From assembly GCA_030141605.1 (NCBI GenBank), contig JAQGDQ010000755.1, positions 51,561-101,600 of the forward strand: a DNA stretch of 50,040 nt, read 5' to 3'. The notes under the pieces are model-generated. The model was not told the origin of the DNA and made no database searches. It saw only the letters and a program-made list of their open reading frames with translations. The position numbers and the translations under genes were made by a program. Positions 1 to 12,574 of this stretch are shown here, piece after piece. Within the stretch, counting starts at the first letter, position 1, and every line of letters begins with the position of its first letter. The stretch comes from Tubiluchus corallicola. Taxonomy: Eukaryota > Animalia > Priapulida.

Positions 1-630
1 GTGGTAAACAACTGATCTGGAAACAGACAGTAAAGTATTTGGGTTGCGATATTTTGACAAGTGATAGTTTTTCTATTGATGTTTCAAGGTTAAAAAGGAA
101 ATTCATTGGTTCCGTGAATAATATTCTCTCAAGTATAATCGTAATGACATAGTAGCTAAAACTCTGATCAAAACATATTGTCTACCCATTTTGTTATACG
201 GGTGCGAAATTAGGGGTACATCAAACAATGAAGTTAATGCCATTAGGGTAAAATGGAACACTGCTTATAGAAAAATATTCGGTTTTAGACAAAATGAAAG
301 CGCGAAATTGTTAATGTATTTTTGTGGTACAATGCCTGCGAATTATTTAATAGATAGTCGAAAATTAAACTTTTTGAGAAAAATCGTAAACTCTTACACA
401 TTGAGAATTCCAAAGCTATGCTACTATGTAAATAACAGTCAAGTAGATTTAAGATTTAAATGTGGTTGTACTGTAGATCTAAACGAAAATGTAAAATTAA
501 AGGTTAAGAACTCATTTGAAGATTATGTTTTAAGATATCTGTTACAGACCTGTTTTACTAACATCTTTATCTTTGTAAACTGTATATTTTTATACGAAAT
601 AAACTCATAATATATATATATATATATGTA
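1..630 (+). mobile_element. 3' remnant of a non-LTR retrotransposon (RT C-terminal region), frameshifted
   Basis: Frame 3 reads ...WKQTVKYLGCDIL...RKFIGSVNNILS. After a frameshift near 130 it reads KTLIKTYCLPILLYGCE...VKWNTAYRKIFG. KYLG and LLYGCE are typical LINE RT-thumb motifs. Ends in AATAAA and (TA)n. Confidence 0.8.
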
Positions 631-897
631 TATATGTACAACAAAGTTACATGCGTCAACTATCTCAGCACTTTCTAAGGTCAGAGCCTTAGACCACCTG
701 GCCATGTTGAAGTTGACCGATCTTTTTCATCCTGTGCGATAAAAATAACATTTTCTCAAAAGTGCCAATCGGCCATATCTTGAACTTCCTATCAATCAAT
801 GCTGCATGTATTTTTACACATTGTTCCGTTGTGTGTATAAAACATGTGCTGCCATCTACGGAAGTTATTGTTCAACTAACAGCCGGTTTTCTTTCAG

Positions 898-1019
898 GTG
901 AAGCTGATTTGTCTCACGAGTGCATAGAGTTCCTATGGAATGACCACCTGGTCATCCCAATCAAGTCAACTGGAGGCATTGCGGGTGGCAGCTTTGGTAT
1001 TCCACAGAAGATATTCGAG
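898..1019 (+). CDS. Penultimate exon of a SLOG-superfamily-like protein
   Basis: Acceptor tttctttcag|, donor GAG|gtctgt. Encodes (G)EADLSHECIEFLWNDHLVIPIKSTGGIAGGSFGIPQKIFE. The E...VIPIxxTGGxA pattern resembles the SLOG (DprA/LOG) C-terminal strand and glycine motif. The exon is well supported; the family call is tentative. Confidence 0.6.
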
Positions 1020-1726
1020 GTCTGTCTGTCTGTCCTCTTGCTTGTATTTCTGTTATTGATAAGCTGAAAACTAAGTGAGCAATTTTGATTGGCTATGTCT
1101 GGTTGGCACTTGCACACTGAGAGTGTTGTAGTCTTTTTTAAGCAAAATAAGATTTACCAAAATGTGTTGCACTCGTATCTCCATTTACCGGCCAAAAGCG
1201 GGGAGACGTCGGTACGAATTTGCAGATTGTACGTGTTTACTGATATTAATCTAATCAGGTAGGCACTGTGTATTAGACTCTCGGTAATAATTGTCTCAAA
1301 AACGTCTAGTACAGACCGCTCCTATGCAAAAGTATGTAAAACTGTCGGATTTGACTCAAATAACTCTGCATAATTAACTCTTAACCATTTACATATGCTG
1401 ATTAAACCACTAAACATGCTGACATACAAGCTACGCACGTGTCTCTACACGCTGCTTAGATGTAAACAAAGTGACCGCCGACAACTAGTTGTTAGCACGC
1501 GAAATAACAAACTGTGTCCGTAGTATGCAGGACTTTTTAACGGTCCAGATTTTATCCAATTCTTCCTATACTAAAAGCGAGGTCCGGCAAACCAAGATAT
1601 GAGTGTGTTCTTGTTTTTCAGTTATCCGTGTAAGCTGAGTGAAAATGTTAGCAGTGTTAGTTTATGACGCACTGCAATCGTAATACGGGTGTATTGTTTA
1701 TCTAATCAAGTTCTTTCATTGGACAG

Positions 1727-1975
1727 GTTCCGGCTGGAGTCAACGAAAAGGATTGGCAGGTGCTCTCCGATCCGAACGCCAAGGTAGAGGAGGTGGCGAA
1801 AGCTGTCGCTCAGATCGTCTCGTCACTGCGCACCACGCTACGCACCGACTTCGGTGCCGAGGTCGTGGTACCGCGTCCGAAACTGCGCAACAAGTCCGTG
1901 CGAAATCGAATCTCCCAGGCCCGGCTGGCGTCCATGAAGACGGTCATGATCACAGAAGACGGAACAACTTTGTAA
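1727..1975 (+). CDS. Terminal exon of the same SLOG-like gene
   Basis: Acceptor ttcattggacag|, phase 0 matching the previous exon. GC-rich and coding-like: VPAGVNEKDWQVLSDPNAKVEEVAKAVAQIV...EDGTTL*. Confidence 0.7.
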   Translation, partial: VPAGVNEKDWQVLSDPNAKVEEVAKAVAQIVSSLRTTLRTDFGAEVVVPRPKLRNKSVRNRISQARLASMKTVMITEDGTTL

Positions 1976-1986
1976 CGGTGGTGTGC

Positions 1987-2283
1987 TGCTGCCATCTGTT
2001 GGAAACTAGAGAATTAAAACTTCTCGGGGTTGTTATTCGTTTAGAGTGATACGTGCTGCCCTCCATCGACTATGAAAGAAATTACTTAGACTTGCCATGT
2101 TACTGCGAAAACTGTAATGGTTAATAAAGCATTGATGAAAGCGATATGTGGTGCCATCTGTCAGCGAATTTTTACATCTGTGATGACCAATTATTAATGG
2201 CGGCGATCGTAATTGCACTGATAGTACTATAATGTGAGATTTGTAAATTTGGCGTTGTGCTGATATGTGCTGCCACCTGTCAC
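1987..2283 (-). promoter_or_regulatory. Cluster of four co-oriented CTCF-like motifs
   Basis: Minus-strand matches CCAACAGATGGCAGCA (~1987), CGATGGAGGGCAGCA (~2054), CTGACAGATGGCACCA (~2149) and GTGACAGGTGGCAGCA (~2268), in AT-rich background. Confidence 0.45.
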
Positions 2284-4204
2284 TTAGTTTTAGTATCTAC
2301 AAAGACTAATTGTAGAAAGTCTAATAGAATTATAAGACCACGAGTAATAGAATTACTCGTCTTTTATGTAATCGTAGTGCACTAATCTTGCACATAAAAT
2401 GGTAAATTTAACACCAAAATGATAAGATTTTACACAGAACGGTAAATTTACTGCCGTTTGTCCACCCTTTGCAATTCTTGCCTTCGTAGTGAGATAGTGT
2501 GACATAATATGTGGGTAATGACGAAAAATTTGCCAAATCATTTCAGACATTCAGAAGGAATACTTCAGTTATGTATAAAGTGATAATTACAGCTGTGGCA
2601 TTAGCTTATTATTGTACTATTAGATGGAAAAGAAAGCACAGGTTTTGGGTGCAGTGCACAGCATTTTGTAGTGGAGAGAACAATATGGCAGGTATCATCA
2701 TTTTAGATGCACAACACATAACTACATGCTTCTTCCACCTCTCAAAAACTCAGATAGGGAAAATATTATTGTTTACAGGTCCTAAAGTGACCAAAACTCA
2801 CCTAACTAGAAGTTTTAAAAAGCTAAACAGTGAAAACGGTCACCGGAAACTTGCTTCAATCACCTAGGCAACGGCAGTTTCCCGTGTGTGTGATGGGTAT
2901 TCGGACAATAGTGATCGCGTTCGAATGAATACGGATCACGCATCACGTACACGTGGAAAAACTTCTGCATGTTTAAATACAAACTGTTGTATACAAACAT
3001 TACATACGCATGGAGTGGTACCTTTATAGTTGATATGGCTGCACCTAACGGTCATCACGGCATTTTAAATTTTCAAATTTTATACAGCGCCGTTCCCCGT
3101 ATAAGCTGTACATGCAGTAAGACAACATCTAAGTAATGTAAAGTTTCAACACGAATTTTTTTAGCTTTCTGTAGTATCGTGTTGCCTTGTGCTTTAATTT
3201 AAAATTATTTTTTTAATTTTTCGTTTAGTATTCGCTTTTCTGCATTGATATGATTGGTTATATTGTCATCAACAGGGTCACCAATTAAGCTATGAGATAT
3301 TTTTACGTGCGCGGTAGAATAATGTTATTTTAAGCATGAAAATTTTATTTTAAAAAACTGGTGTAATTTTAACGATTTGTTGCCAGCTTCCACAAAATTT
3401 TTTTTTATGTATAATGTAAATAGAGATTGTTATTGACTGGTGATATAATGTTTGTAAATTGTGTTTAAATGAAATTTGCCCAGCGAATGACATTGTTATT
3501 GTATTAGGAAAAATCATTGAATATATGTGTGATTTATTGTTCAAATTTATGACATGTGGATAAAGCAAAGCCATCTGCTGCATCACTTCACTTCTTTTGC
3601 ATGAGCTTTACTTAATTGTGCATGTGTACAGGATAAATGTTGCATTCTGTACACTACTTTGTTTCAGCTCTACTCCACTTTTACTGCATTAATACACTTT
3701 AGTTTGACAGGAGCAATACACAAGTATTCTGTAACTGGGAACGTTTTGCCTCATGTAGTAACAGAAAATGAATTTTTGACCGATTTTTCACAAATCTATC
3801 ATTTCCAATTGAAATGCCATCTTGTAGTACCTTTTTTGCAAATCCCGGCTTTTTCGATTAAAGTGCCATCTTTTGGTGAAATTTTCCATAGACCCTGGAG
3901 AGATGGCAGCACGGTTCTGCATTTAAAACGTAATGAAATTTATGTATAGTGCCTTCTAAAGAAAAGAAATTACAGTATCATCTCCTGTCTACTCAATAGT
4001 GTTGGAATGAATGATCGTGCTTAGAAATTTGTCACATTTTTTCGAAGTTTAGGACGTGCCAATTGTAAAGATGTACATTGACCGCTAAAATGATTGTTAT
4101 GCAGATTATACACGTGTCTGTTGTTTGATTTATTAGTGTACCACAGCAATTCGTCTAAACTACAACCATCGCTTGACATATGGATAAAGCAAAGCTGTCT
4201 GTCG

Positions 4205-4480
4205 CATCAGTTCAGTAACTTCAAACGCCGTTTCCTTCTTGCCGTATGTGGACATTACTTAATTATGCATCAGTCTGTGTGTAGAGTGATTTACTAGCAA
4301 GAACTTGCTTGGGAACAAGAAAAAATTAACTAGGTAAGGTTCTAGCTTGCTGTTAAAACTATTGCAACAGCACGGGTTGCGAGGTGTAGTAAAGTGTGCA
4401 CAAAAATGTGTTATGTTAACCATTGACCTTTACATGATCATCATCAATTGCTGGAACTGTGAAAAGGCTTAATTCTAGAA
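4205..4480 (+). repeat. Dispersed repeat, second copy at ~34305-34565
   Basis: Shared blocks gatttactagca..cttg.ttgggaacaag.aaaa..aactaggtaa..ttctagct and aactgtgaaaaggctta. Confidence 0.7.
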
Positions 4481-5146
4481 TCTTCATGTATGTCAGCATC
4501 TTGTGATGAAAAGATTGCAAGCATCGAGCTGCCAAGAGCCAATAGCCGTGTCGTTACAAACCGTGTGGTATCTAAAATCAAATTCACAAACTTGAAACGC
4601 TCATGGAGACTGTAAATAAGAATTTATATTCTGTTTAACATTGATACAAACACTTTGGTTAAGAAATCTGAGTTTACAAAACTGCGCGAGTGATGACGCC
4701 ACGTCTGGCTCGAGCAATTTTGCGAAAATTTAACGCCTTAGTAAAATCATGCCATCACAGTAGCACAAACAATTATACGCCTTGACAAAAAAATCAATAT
4801 TTGGCTTGAAACACGACATCAACATCGACGATAAAGAAAAATGATATACTTCCAACACGGAAATAATACTACTACGCAATTTTAACGCTTTCACAGTAGA
4901 GATATGGTTCATTTGATCTTACAAACAGAGACAATAGATATAAAAACTTCAATTTTTTTGGTAACAAAATTTACCCAGCTCTGCAAAAACTTCATTACAA
5001 AGACCATCTGAGCAGGATTATCAGAAATAAGAAAAAAGCATAAAATTTTTTTAGACCAGATTCTAAATTAAGATACACAAATAACATGTCAATTCAGCGT
5101 GTTAATGCTTTATAAGAGTTGGAATTAAAAATGCAAACGTTACAAC

Positions 5147-5675
5147 CAGTGGCGGCTCGTGTATAGGTACCCCGCAACTGCAGCACCCCCTATTTTCACT
5201 CAATATTATCGATAATATTCAATATAGTAAGTCTTTTTTTCTTTAGTTCCTTCTTCATACTTGTACGGAACCAGAGCACGTGAGGGTAGTACTGTTTGCT
5301 TTACAGCCCAGCACAGTGGTGTGTTTGGCTGTTGTGTGCATGCGAAGCATATGTCTGAGATAATACACTGTACGCTAGCATCTGCTGCTAAGTAGAGAAT
5401 CTACTGTCGCTCACACAGATTGTCAATTGTCACCTGCTTAAAAACCTGTATTGGCATATTCTTGAACTGCGACAATTAAGGCTATTTGCAAGCAAAAAAT
5501 TGTGCGCTCCGGCAATGCAGTGTTTGTACGCATGCGGTCATGTGCACATGTCTGAACCCAGGAAGAAAAAGTACTGTCGCTCACACAGTTTGTTGTTAGT
5601 TGTCACGTGCTTAGGTTGTTATGTGTCATTTTCTGAAGCAGCACCCCTGCTAAATTTAACTACGAGCCGCCACTG
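5147..5675. mobile_element. hAT-like MITE
   Basis: Perfect 14-bp TIR CAGTGGCGGCTCGT...ACGAGCCGCCACTG with a degenerate 8-bp TSD (gttacaac/attatagc). A partial copy lies at ~16300-16637. Confidence 0.8.
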
Positions 5676-5930
5676 ATTATAGCAAGCATTAGCATATACA
5701 GTTATAACACCAACGTTGCTTAATGCCATTTTTTTTCTGGACTGGGAGGTACAAACAGCTTTAGTTGTGCATGCCGACAATCAACAAATGTCTGAATATG
5801 ATAACAAACAGAAAGCGTCATAGACTACTGCGAATTCCATTGTCACAAGAGGTCCTACCTGATGCAAATGTCCTGACTATAGCACGTAATTGAATAAGCA
5901 AATGACCCTGACGAATTTTCCTGTGCATAA

Positions 5931-6260
5931 AGATAGAGGTACAGTAAGTCCTCGCTTAGAGACAGATAGAGGTACAGTAAGTCCTCGCTTAGCGACAGAT
6001 AGAGGTACAGTAAGTCCTCGCTTAGCGACAGACAGAGGTACAGTAAGTCCTCGCTTAGCGACAGATAGAGGTACAGTAAGTCCTCGCTTAGCGACAGATA
6101 GAGGTACAGCAAGTCCTCGCTTAGCGACAGATAGAGGTACAGCAAGTCCTCGCTTAGCGACAGATAGAGGTACAGCAAGTCCTCGCTTAGCGACAGATAG
6201 AGGTACAGCAAGTCCTCGCTTAGCGACAGATAGAGGTACAGCAAGTCCTGGCTTAGCAAC
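5931..6260 (+). repeat. 33-bp tandem array (10 copies) built from a MITE terminus plus flank
   Basis: Unit gatagaggTA-CAGTAAGTCCTCGCTTAGCGACa; the latter part matches the TIR of the MITE at 11768. Confidence 0.9.
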
Positions 6261-6892
6261 TCCCGTTTAGCGAGGTTGAACGTTTAACACCTTTTTAACA
6301 CTTAGCAACATTTTAGCGACGTTTTTTTTTACATTGCTCATAGCCATTTTTCATCAACAACTTTTTTTACCCATTTTGAAGCATTAAAATGGTACATATT
6401 GCATTATTCTGTTCTAAAAACGTGTTAGTAACCTAAACGGTGCAATTATTGTAAAGTTTTCCTTCCCGACCGACTATGTACAAAATTCTAGCTGTTTGTG
6501 TCCACCGACACTAGTAATTTTGTCTGCAACCTGTTACTATAACAACCACATTAGTACTACATGAAATTGTCTCAAGGTCGCTCCATGCAGAGCTTGGCAT
6601 TCACTACGCAGTGCTTAAACGGGAGGAGAAATCGCCAGCAAGTCTAGCTAGATGCTGGTAAGAAAAATTGGTGGTTTAAAGCAAACAGAAACAGTAGAAA
6701 TATGAATAAAACTCATAAAACTTTTAATTTATATGATCTAAGCAGCACTGATGCATTGATTTTTGCCTCCGGGACATATCTCAATTTGTTTGCATTATTT
6801 TCTACGAAAGTTCTTGGTTTCATTTAACGACGTTTCGCTTAATCGTCGCGTTTCGCCGGAACGCGTTAGCGTTGTCGAGCGAGGTCATGCTG
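6239..6892. mobile_element. Tc1/pogo(Tigger)-like MITE, family A copy 1
   Basis: TA|CAGCAAGTCCT...GAGGTCATGCTG|TA; internal sequence homologous to 11768-12417. Confidence 0.75.
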
Positions 6893-7457
6893 TACGTCGG
6901 TCCCTGCTATACAAAAACATACTGAAGGTAAAAGGGTAGATTTGTGATTCTCCAGCGCCCCCAAAAAAACACCACCGTAGCAAAACAATCAGGTAGAGCA
7001 ACAAGAATAAACATAATTGAAGGAATGTTTCAGTTACATCTGTGACTAAAATATGAAAAAAAATTCTAAATAAAAGAAAACACACTTAGACATATATAAC
7101 TCTATAAATAATGATAATTTTGTAAATATAGTACATAGATATATTAGCAAGTCATATATTGCACCTGTATAATAATAATATTAACCTTTTTTTCGTATAC
7201 CACTTACGACAGCAACGTACAACACAGTAAAAAGAAACAGGCATAATTATAATATCCCAAATAAGGAAATGGGCAGGCAGGTACGACACAGCAAGTTAGT
7301 GAGCTCAACTTATCACAGTTTGTAAATTTTCCGCAGAAGTATAAATAATTAGGTTCATATCTGACTAGGTGACAAGTTTAAATCTTGGAATGTCCGGAGT
7401 TCAATCCCAGCAATAACCAGGGTGGAATGATAAAAAACCGGCATCCTTTCTTTGCTA

Positions 7458-7930
7458 CAGTCAACCTCGGGTATAAGGTACTCGCTTATAAGGGACACTG
7501 GTTTATAAGGGACCACCAACACCGGTCCCGATTTTTTGTAATGTTTTTCCTATGTAAAAATCTTCACATATAAGGTACTCGGATATAAGGGACTTTCGGT
7601 TATAAGGGACGATATCTTCAGGTCCCGCGTAATAGAAACCCAGGTAAATTACCTCACATATAAGAGACCCTGTGATCAAAGCGAAATTCATCGATTTTTA
7701 ACCTCAATTTTTCGCAAACTCGGTTTCCATGGTTACATACATCTCGCATCACTGAAGTAGCTTCCTACATACCATTTGCACTGAACGTGTAGCAAAAATC
7801 CATAAAAACATGGGTAAAAGTACAGGACTAGATACACCCTCGGTCTGACTCAACTTCGGGTATAAGGGACATCAGATATAAGGGACGATTTTTCTGGTGC
7901 CCGATGTGTCCCTTATATCCGGGTTGACTG
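7458..7930. mobile_element. Tc1/pogo(Tigger)-like MITE, family B
   Basis: TA|CAGTCAACCTCGGGTATAAGG...CCTTATATCCGGGTTGACTG|TA with a TA TSD and repeated ATAAGG subterminal motifs. A truncated copy lies at ~15455-15822. Confidence 0.85.
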
Positions 7931-8149
7931 TATAAAGCATACAATATGCTAGGAATTAGCTCTAACATTTTTGCTTTAAAAAGTTAAAAACGTAAAAAAT
8001 TTTGATTATGATAAGTTTGATTTACAATAATGACAAAAATACTTCAAGAGACACTCAGCCAAACACAGAGTTCTCTTGTCAATTCTGAGCCGTTTAGGTC
8101 TCAATGCCAGCACAGAAACATGAGATACAACCATGCTGGTAATACGTTA

Positions 8150-8450
8150 CATGTGAGCACCGCTTCCGGAATGCAAATGTAAAGAATGTCCTGCCAAAAA
8201 ATTGGTTTGTTCTCCAACACTATAACAATTTTCTCCGACTGTGAGCGCCGCACGAAATCATTGGCACTGTGGGCAGAGATTTCAGTGCGAGATGCAACAA
8301 TGCCGGTACCATGTAAGCACCGCTTCCGGAATGCAAATGTAGAGAATGTCCTGCAAAAGATTGGTTTGTTCTCCAAAATCATAACACTTTTCTCCAAAAG
8401 TGAGCAATGCATGAAATCTTTGGCAGTGTGGGCGGAGCTGCAGCGGAGCT
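8150..8450 (+). repeat. Tandem duplication of ~160 bp
   Basis: gcaccgcttccggaatgcaaatgta.agaatgtcctgc...attggtttgttctccaa occurs at ~8157 and ~8317. Confidence 0.8.
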
Positions 8451-8855
8451 TTCAGCGTGCAAAAGTTAATAATGGTAGAGTCAATATATGAAGAAAATAG
8501 CAAGAATGAGAGTGATACAGTCAGCCTTCAGCCTACTAGCTCAAAGTGTTATACGAGTAGCGGCTAAACCATGAACTCATGAAAACATACTGTCAAGTCG
8601 AATGATGACGGACTAGAAAACAGCATATATCTTATCACAAATTTCTCACCACAAAACTCTGCAAAAATTTCCTTACAAACATTTGGCAATAGGGGAAATC
8701 TCAGCTCACGTTAGAAGGGATGCCTTAATACACGTCAAATACAACAGCAAGAAATAACCATTCTGTACATCACTTCTGACAATCAGGGCAAATACAACAG
8801 CAAGAAAAAACCTTTCTGTACATCACTTCTGGCAATAAGGGCAATCTTTTCTGCA

Positions 8856-9056
8856 CTACGTAGAACTCGGAGCGCTGCCGCTCTGCACGTAACTGATGAC
8901 GCTGTCGCGACTCCACGGCACAGAACCGGCCGCGGCCATCGCCTGATCGTACCGTCCCTTGAGCTGACGGAGCAGTTCGGACATGTACAGCGTTCCCGGC
9001 TGTACCCCGGAACTGAACGCAGGCACGTTGTTGGATGACTCTCCCCCGGAACTTTC
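8856..9056 (-). CDS. E93: E93/LCoR-family gene, exon 7 (terminal)
   Basis: Acceptor tttcag|, phase 0, 67 codons: ESSGGESSNNVPAF...YMSELLRQLKGRY...SAPSST*. GC-rich island in a frame not listed in the ORF track. Confidence 0.75.
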   Translation of the reverse strand, partial: ESSGGESSNNVPAFSSGVQPGTLYMSELLRQLKGRYDQAMAAAGSVPWSRDSVISYVQSGSAPSST

Positions 9057-9602
9057 CTGAAATTATAAAAGACATTTCGTAATGAAATTCCAACCGCAAT
9101 TGTCACATGTCTGCAAAAAATGTAAACATGCACGCATCCATGATAATAGTTTATACTCCCAAAAAATTAAAACTAACGTAACATAAAGGTGACCACAACA
9201 TGACCAAGGGGGACAGGGTTCCATGAAAACACAGGCTATCCTGGAAAGTCACGGAGAAAACTCAGGGAAAAATAACTTGGTAAAAAGTCGGGAAAAATGA
9301 TGAAAATGGGTCGAAAAGTCGGGGAAATGGGAAAGGGTTGTAAAAATAATCACCGCGAACCAATATTTTTCCAAACATATTTTGAACAGCGATTTGTGTT
9401 CAAATAAAATTTTCCTATGGCAGTCTCCGTTACAAAATTTCTGTTACAAAGATAATGATTGGATTAAGAAAGTTTATTCGTTGAACAAGCAGGTATGTGC
9501 AGTATCTTGGTGTGGGCATCAAACGTTCGAGTTTGACCCCGTTCAAAATCGATTCGAAACTAAAATTATGGATTTGAATCATTCAGCACTAACTACATAC
9601 GT

Positions 9603-10243
9603 AGGGCCTCCGATTTTCTCCGACAGCAGAAAACGGACAGAATTCATGAAAATGGGCAATTGAAATGGAAATAGCTATGAAAGGCAGAATTGGTCCGATT
9701 TCCGACATTTTTGCAAATTTAATGCATACTAGAGATAGAATTTTCTTCACTTTCCGGTAAAACTAAGCAGCTTTTTCAACAGTTCGTGACCTTAAAAACT
9801 TGGAACTTAGGAACTTGGGTTCCTAGTTTCACTTTGTTTTTGCATTTGCCACGAGAAATATGGAAATTCTTTAGAACGAGCTTTTAGAAAATAGCAATAC
9901 GTTTGTGGAAAGGTTTTCCCCTGCTCACACAAACACGATCTCGCGATAGTCATGCGTATGACAGCTAGCCAGGGAATTTCCCTATGATTTGTACGAATAT
10001 GATAGGATGTTGTTCTGCAACTTTTGTGTGCAAATTAAATGTTGGCATTCTTATTTCATCATAGCCAAATACAAATGCCTGATAGACTACATACTTAGTT
10101 CATATAAAAACTTTAATTACAATCTATCACTCACTACATAACTTGATGATAAATGTAGTTACAGGGCCGTCTAGCTTTAAATTTCTCTAAAGGGAAATTG
10201 AAACGGAATTTGATCAATTTTGAAATGGAAAATCGGAAGCCCT
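9603..10243. mobile_element. hAT-like MITE
   Basis: TIR AGGGCCTCCGATTTT...AAAATCGGAAGCCCT; flanks acatacgt/acagacgt (8-bp TSD, 1 mismatch). Confidence 0.7.
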
Positions 10244-10834
10244 ACAGACGTTCTTTATCAATAAAATCTTTGAAAGCATCACGCAATTTAGCCATGATTT
10301 CTGTGGTAAACAATTTACTAGTGTTTTTCTTGCAGAAGAAAATCATGTGTCACACACGATCTTTGTGAGACAGTTATACTAATGAATGGAAAATTTTCTC
10401 CGAAAATCTTTAAAATTGAATTCGATTCGCATCTGAAACCTCGGAGCTCGGGTTGGATTCCAGTTCGAATGTCACATTTTTGATTCGATTTTTTTGTACA
10501 GAACGTCCACCAGCCAAACAGTGTCCGATTAACGTTTTTCCTACTTAAATTCACCAGAAAATAATTCCCCACACCAGCAGTGCGAATGTGTGTGTGTTTG
10601 TCACGAAATAAAATGAAACTGGATGAAACCATAACGGCCGTACGCTTTGCAGCCCAGTCAACACTTAAGATGGCGACACTTGTACGTAAACGTGCAAAAT
10701 GTGGCGAGGTGAAAATGAAATAGAATTTTTGAAGAAACCTCTCAGAGTAATGACCGTATTTCGTCAGGATTGCGTTTATTAGGCAGTAATGACAAAACGC
10801 CCTATCAAAGTTTACTTTAGGTGTATTGAAAGCA

Positions 10835-11140
10835 AAAATTTATTTTTTGGCAAAATATCGGCGTCGCTTTTGACGATATTAGAAGATATCAGCCCGAAAA
10901 TTTATTTTTTGGCAAAATATCGGCCTTGCTTTTGACGATATTAAGACATCGACTAGAAAATTTATTTTTTGGCAAAATATCGGCGTTGCTATTGCCGATA
11001 TTAGAAGATATGGGCCCAAAAATTTATTTTTGGCAAAATAACGGCGTTGCTATTGACGATATTAAAAGACATCGACTAGAAAATTTATTTTTTGGCAAAA
11101 TAACGGCGTTGCTATTGCCGATATTAGAAGACATCAGTCC
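10835..11140 (+). repeat. ~60-bp tandem array (~5 copies)
   Basis: Repeated aaaatttattttttggcaaaatatcggcg..gc..ttg.cgatatta. The CCGATA motifs suggest a hAT subterminal region. Confidence 0.8.
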
Positions 11141-11245
11141 GATATCCGATTTTTTTTTATACGCTAATTTGTTTGCCGATCTCCAAATATTTATCAGATC
11201 GACAGATCCCTGACCCCTACAGGTCATTCCAAAAGTTGGTACAAG

Positions 11246-11440
11246 GTTAGTAACAAAATGCAAATAATTATTTTCCAACGAAGTTAAAACCGATGTTAAT
11301 CAGCCATGTAAGTTAGTAGAAAAATGACAATAATTATTTTCCAATGAAGTTAAAACCGGTGTTAATCAGCCATCTAAGTTAGTAACAACATGCCAATAAT
11401 TATTTTCCAATGAAGCAAAACCGATGTTAGTCAGCTGTGT
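11246..11440 (+). repeat. ~70-bp tandem array (~3 copies)
   Basis: Repeated gttagta...aataattattttccaa.gaag.taaaaccg.tgtta.tcagc. Confidence 0.75.
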
Positions 11441-11767
11441 TAGAGAAAGCAGGCACACAGGTCGCATGACGTATGGGTGTCAGAAGAATTACAACACGTG
11501 TCCCCGGTATAAGGTTCAGACCTGTATGGCTTGTCCAGTTGCTAAGCACGAAGATTCAGAGCAAAAAGTATCGACAGCACATTTTTGAAAACGAAATTTC
11601 AAAATCGTTCTGACATTAACGAGTTTAAAAATTTAATCAAACGCGACGGAGCTGTTGATTATTTTATTCTCAAACACTTGAAATTATGCGAGAAAAAATG
11701 GACGGTGTTTAGTGTCTACACAAAGTGTTGCCAGAACCTATAGCGCTGCTAAGAAATCCAGCCAATA

Positions 11768-12417
11768 CAGTAAGTCCTCGCTTAACGGCTCTCCTTTCAG
11801 CGATGCGGAACATTTGGCACCACTTTTTTTTTCACTTAACGACGCACCCTTTAGTCTTAACGACGATTTTTTTACTTTGCTAAAAGCTAATTTTCATTTC
11901 ATTAATAACTTTTTGACTTAATTTGAAGCATTAGAAAGGCACGCATTGCATTATTCTGTTTTAAAACTGAGTTAGTAACATAAACAGTGCGATTATTTTA
12001 CATGTTTTTGCTTCCCAACTGACTACTATACTAGCTCTTGTTTCTATCAAGATCTACGATCAAACTTCCTGTGAAGGAATTCTACCTGCAGCCTGTTCCT
12101 ATAGCAACCAGACTACATAGTAAATGATACAGTGCTCTGGTATGATAAAATTTCCAAGGTCGCCTCATGCAGCGCTTGACTTTGACTCTGCAGTGTTTAT
12201 TGTTTAATAACAGCCTAGGCTTAAACCTCAATGAAAGAGAAACCGCTAGCTAGGTACGTATTGGTAAGAAAGAAAGATGGTTTCAAGCAAGTAGAACGAA
12301 ATTAATTAGTAGAAAGCATAAAGAAACTTTCAGTTTACGTGATTTAAGCAACATTCAGACTGTCACTGGAACGCACTTTGCTGGAACGCATCAGCGTCGT
12401 TAAGCGAGGACTTACTG
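11768..12417. mobile_element. Tc1/pogo(Tigger)-like MITE, family A copy 2
   Basis: TIR CAGTAAGTCCTCGCTTAACG...CGTTAAGCGAGGACTTACTG, preceded by TA. Confidence 0.85.
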
Positions 12418-12574
12418 AAAATAGTTTGTTTTGGTAATTTTTAGTTTTGGAAGATCCTTATCTCAAAAATCTAGCTTTGGATTTCTACGCCACGAGCATT
12501 TTTATAAACAAAAATGTCACAACAGCGTGTAAAATTGTCAGAACATTATCACAACACCCATAGTTCACACAGAC

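Noticed and set aside
660-710. tRNA-Leu-like 5' end on the - strand (atggccaggtggtctaaggc)
   Set aside because: Only an A-box-like fragment with no cloverleaf or T-arm; at most a SINE scrap.
5855-6270. Repetitive ORFs on both strands
   Set aside because: By-products of a stop-free 33-bp array derived from a MITE end.
8770-9133. ORF-track ORFs over the GC-rich island
   Set aside because: The third frame, entered by splicing at 9056, is the one in phase with E93.
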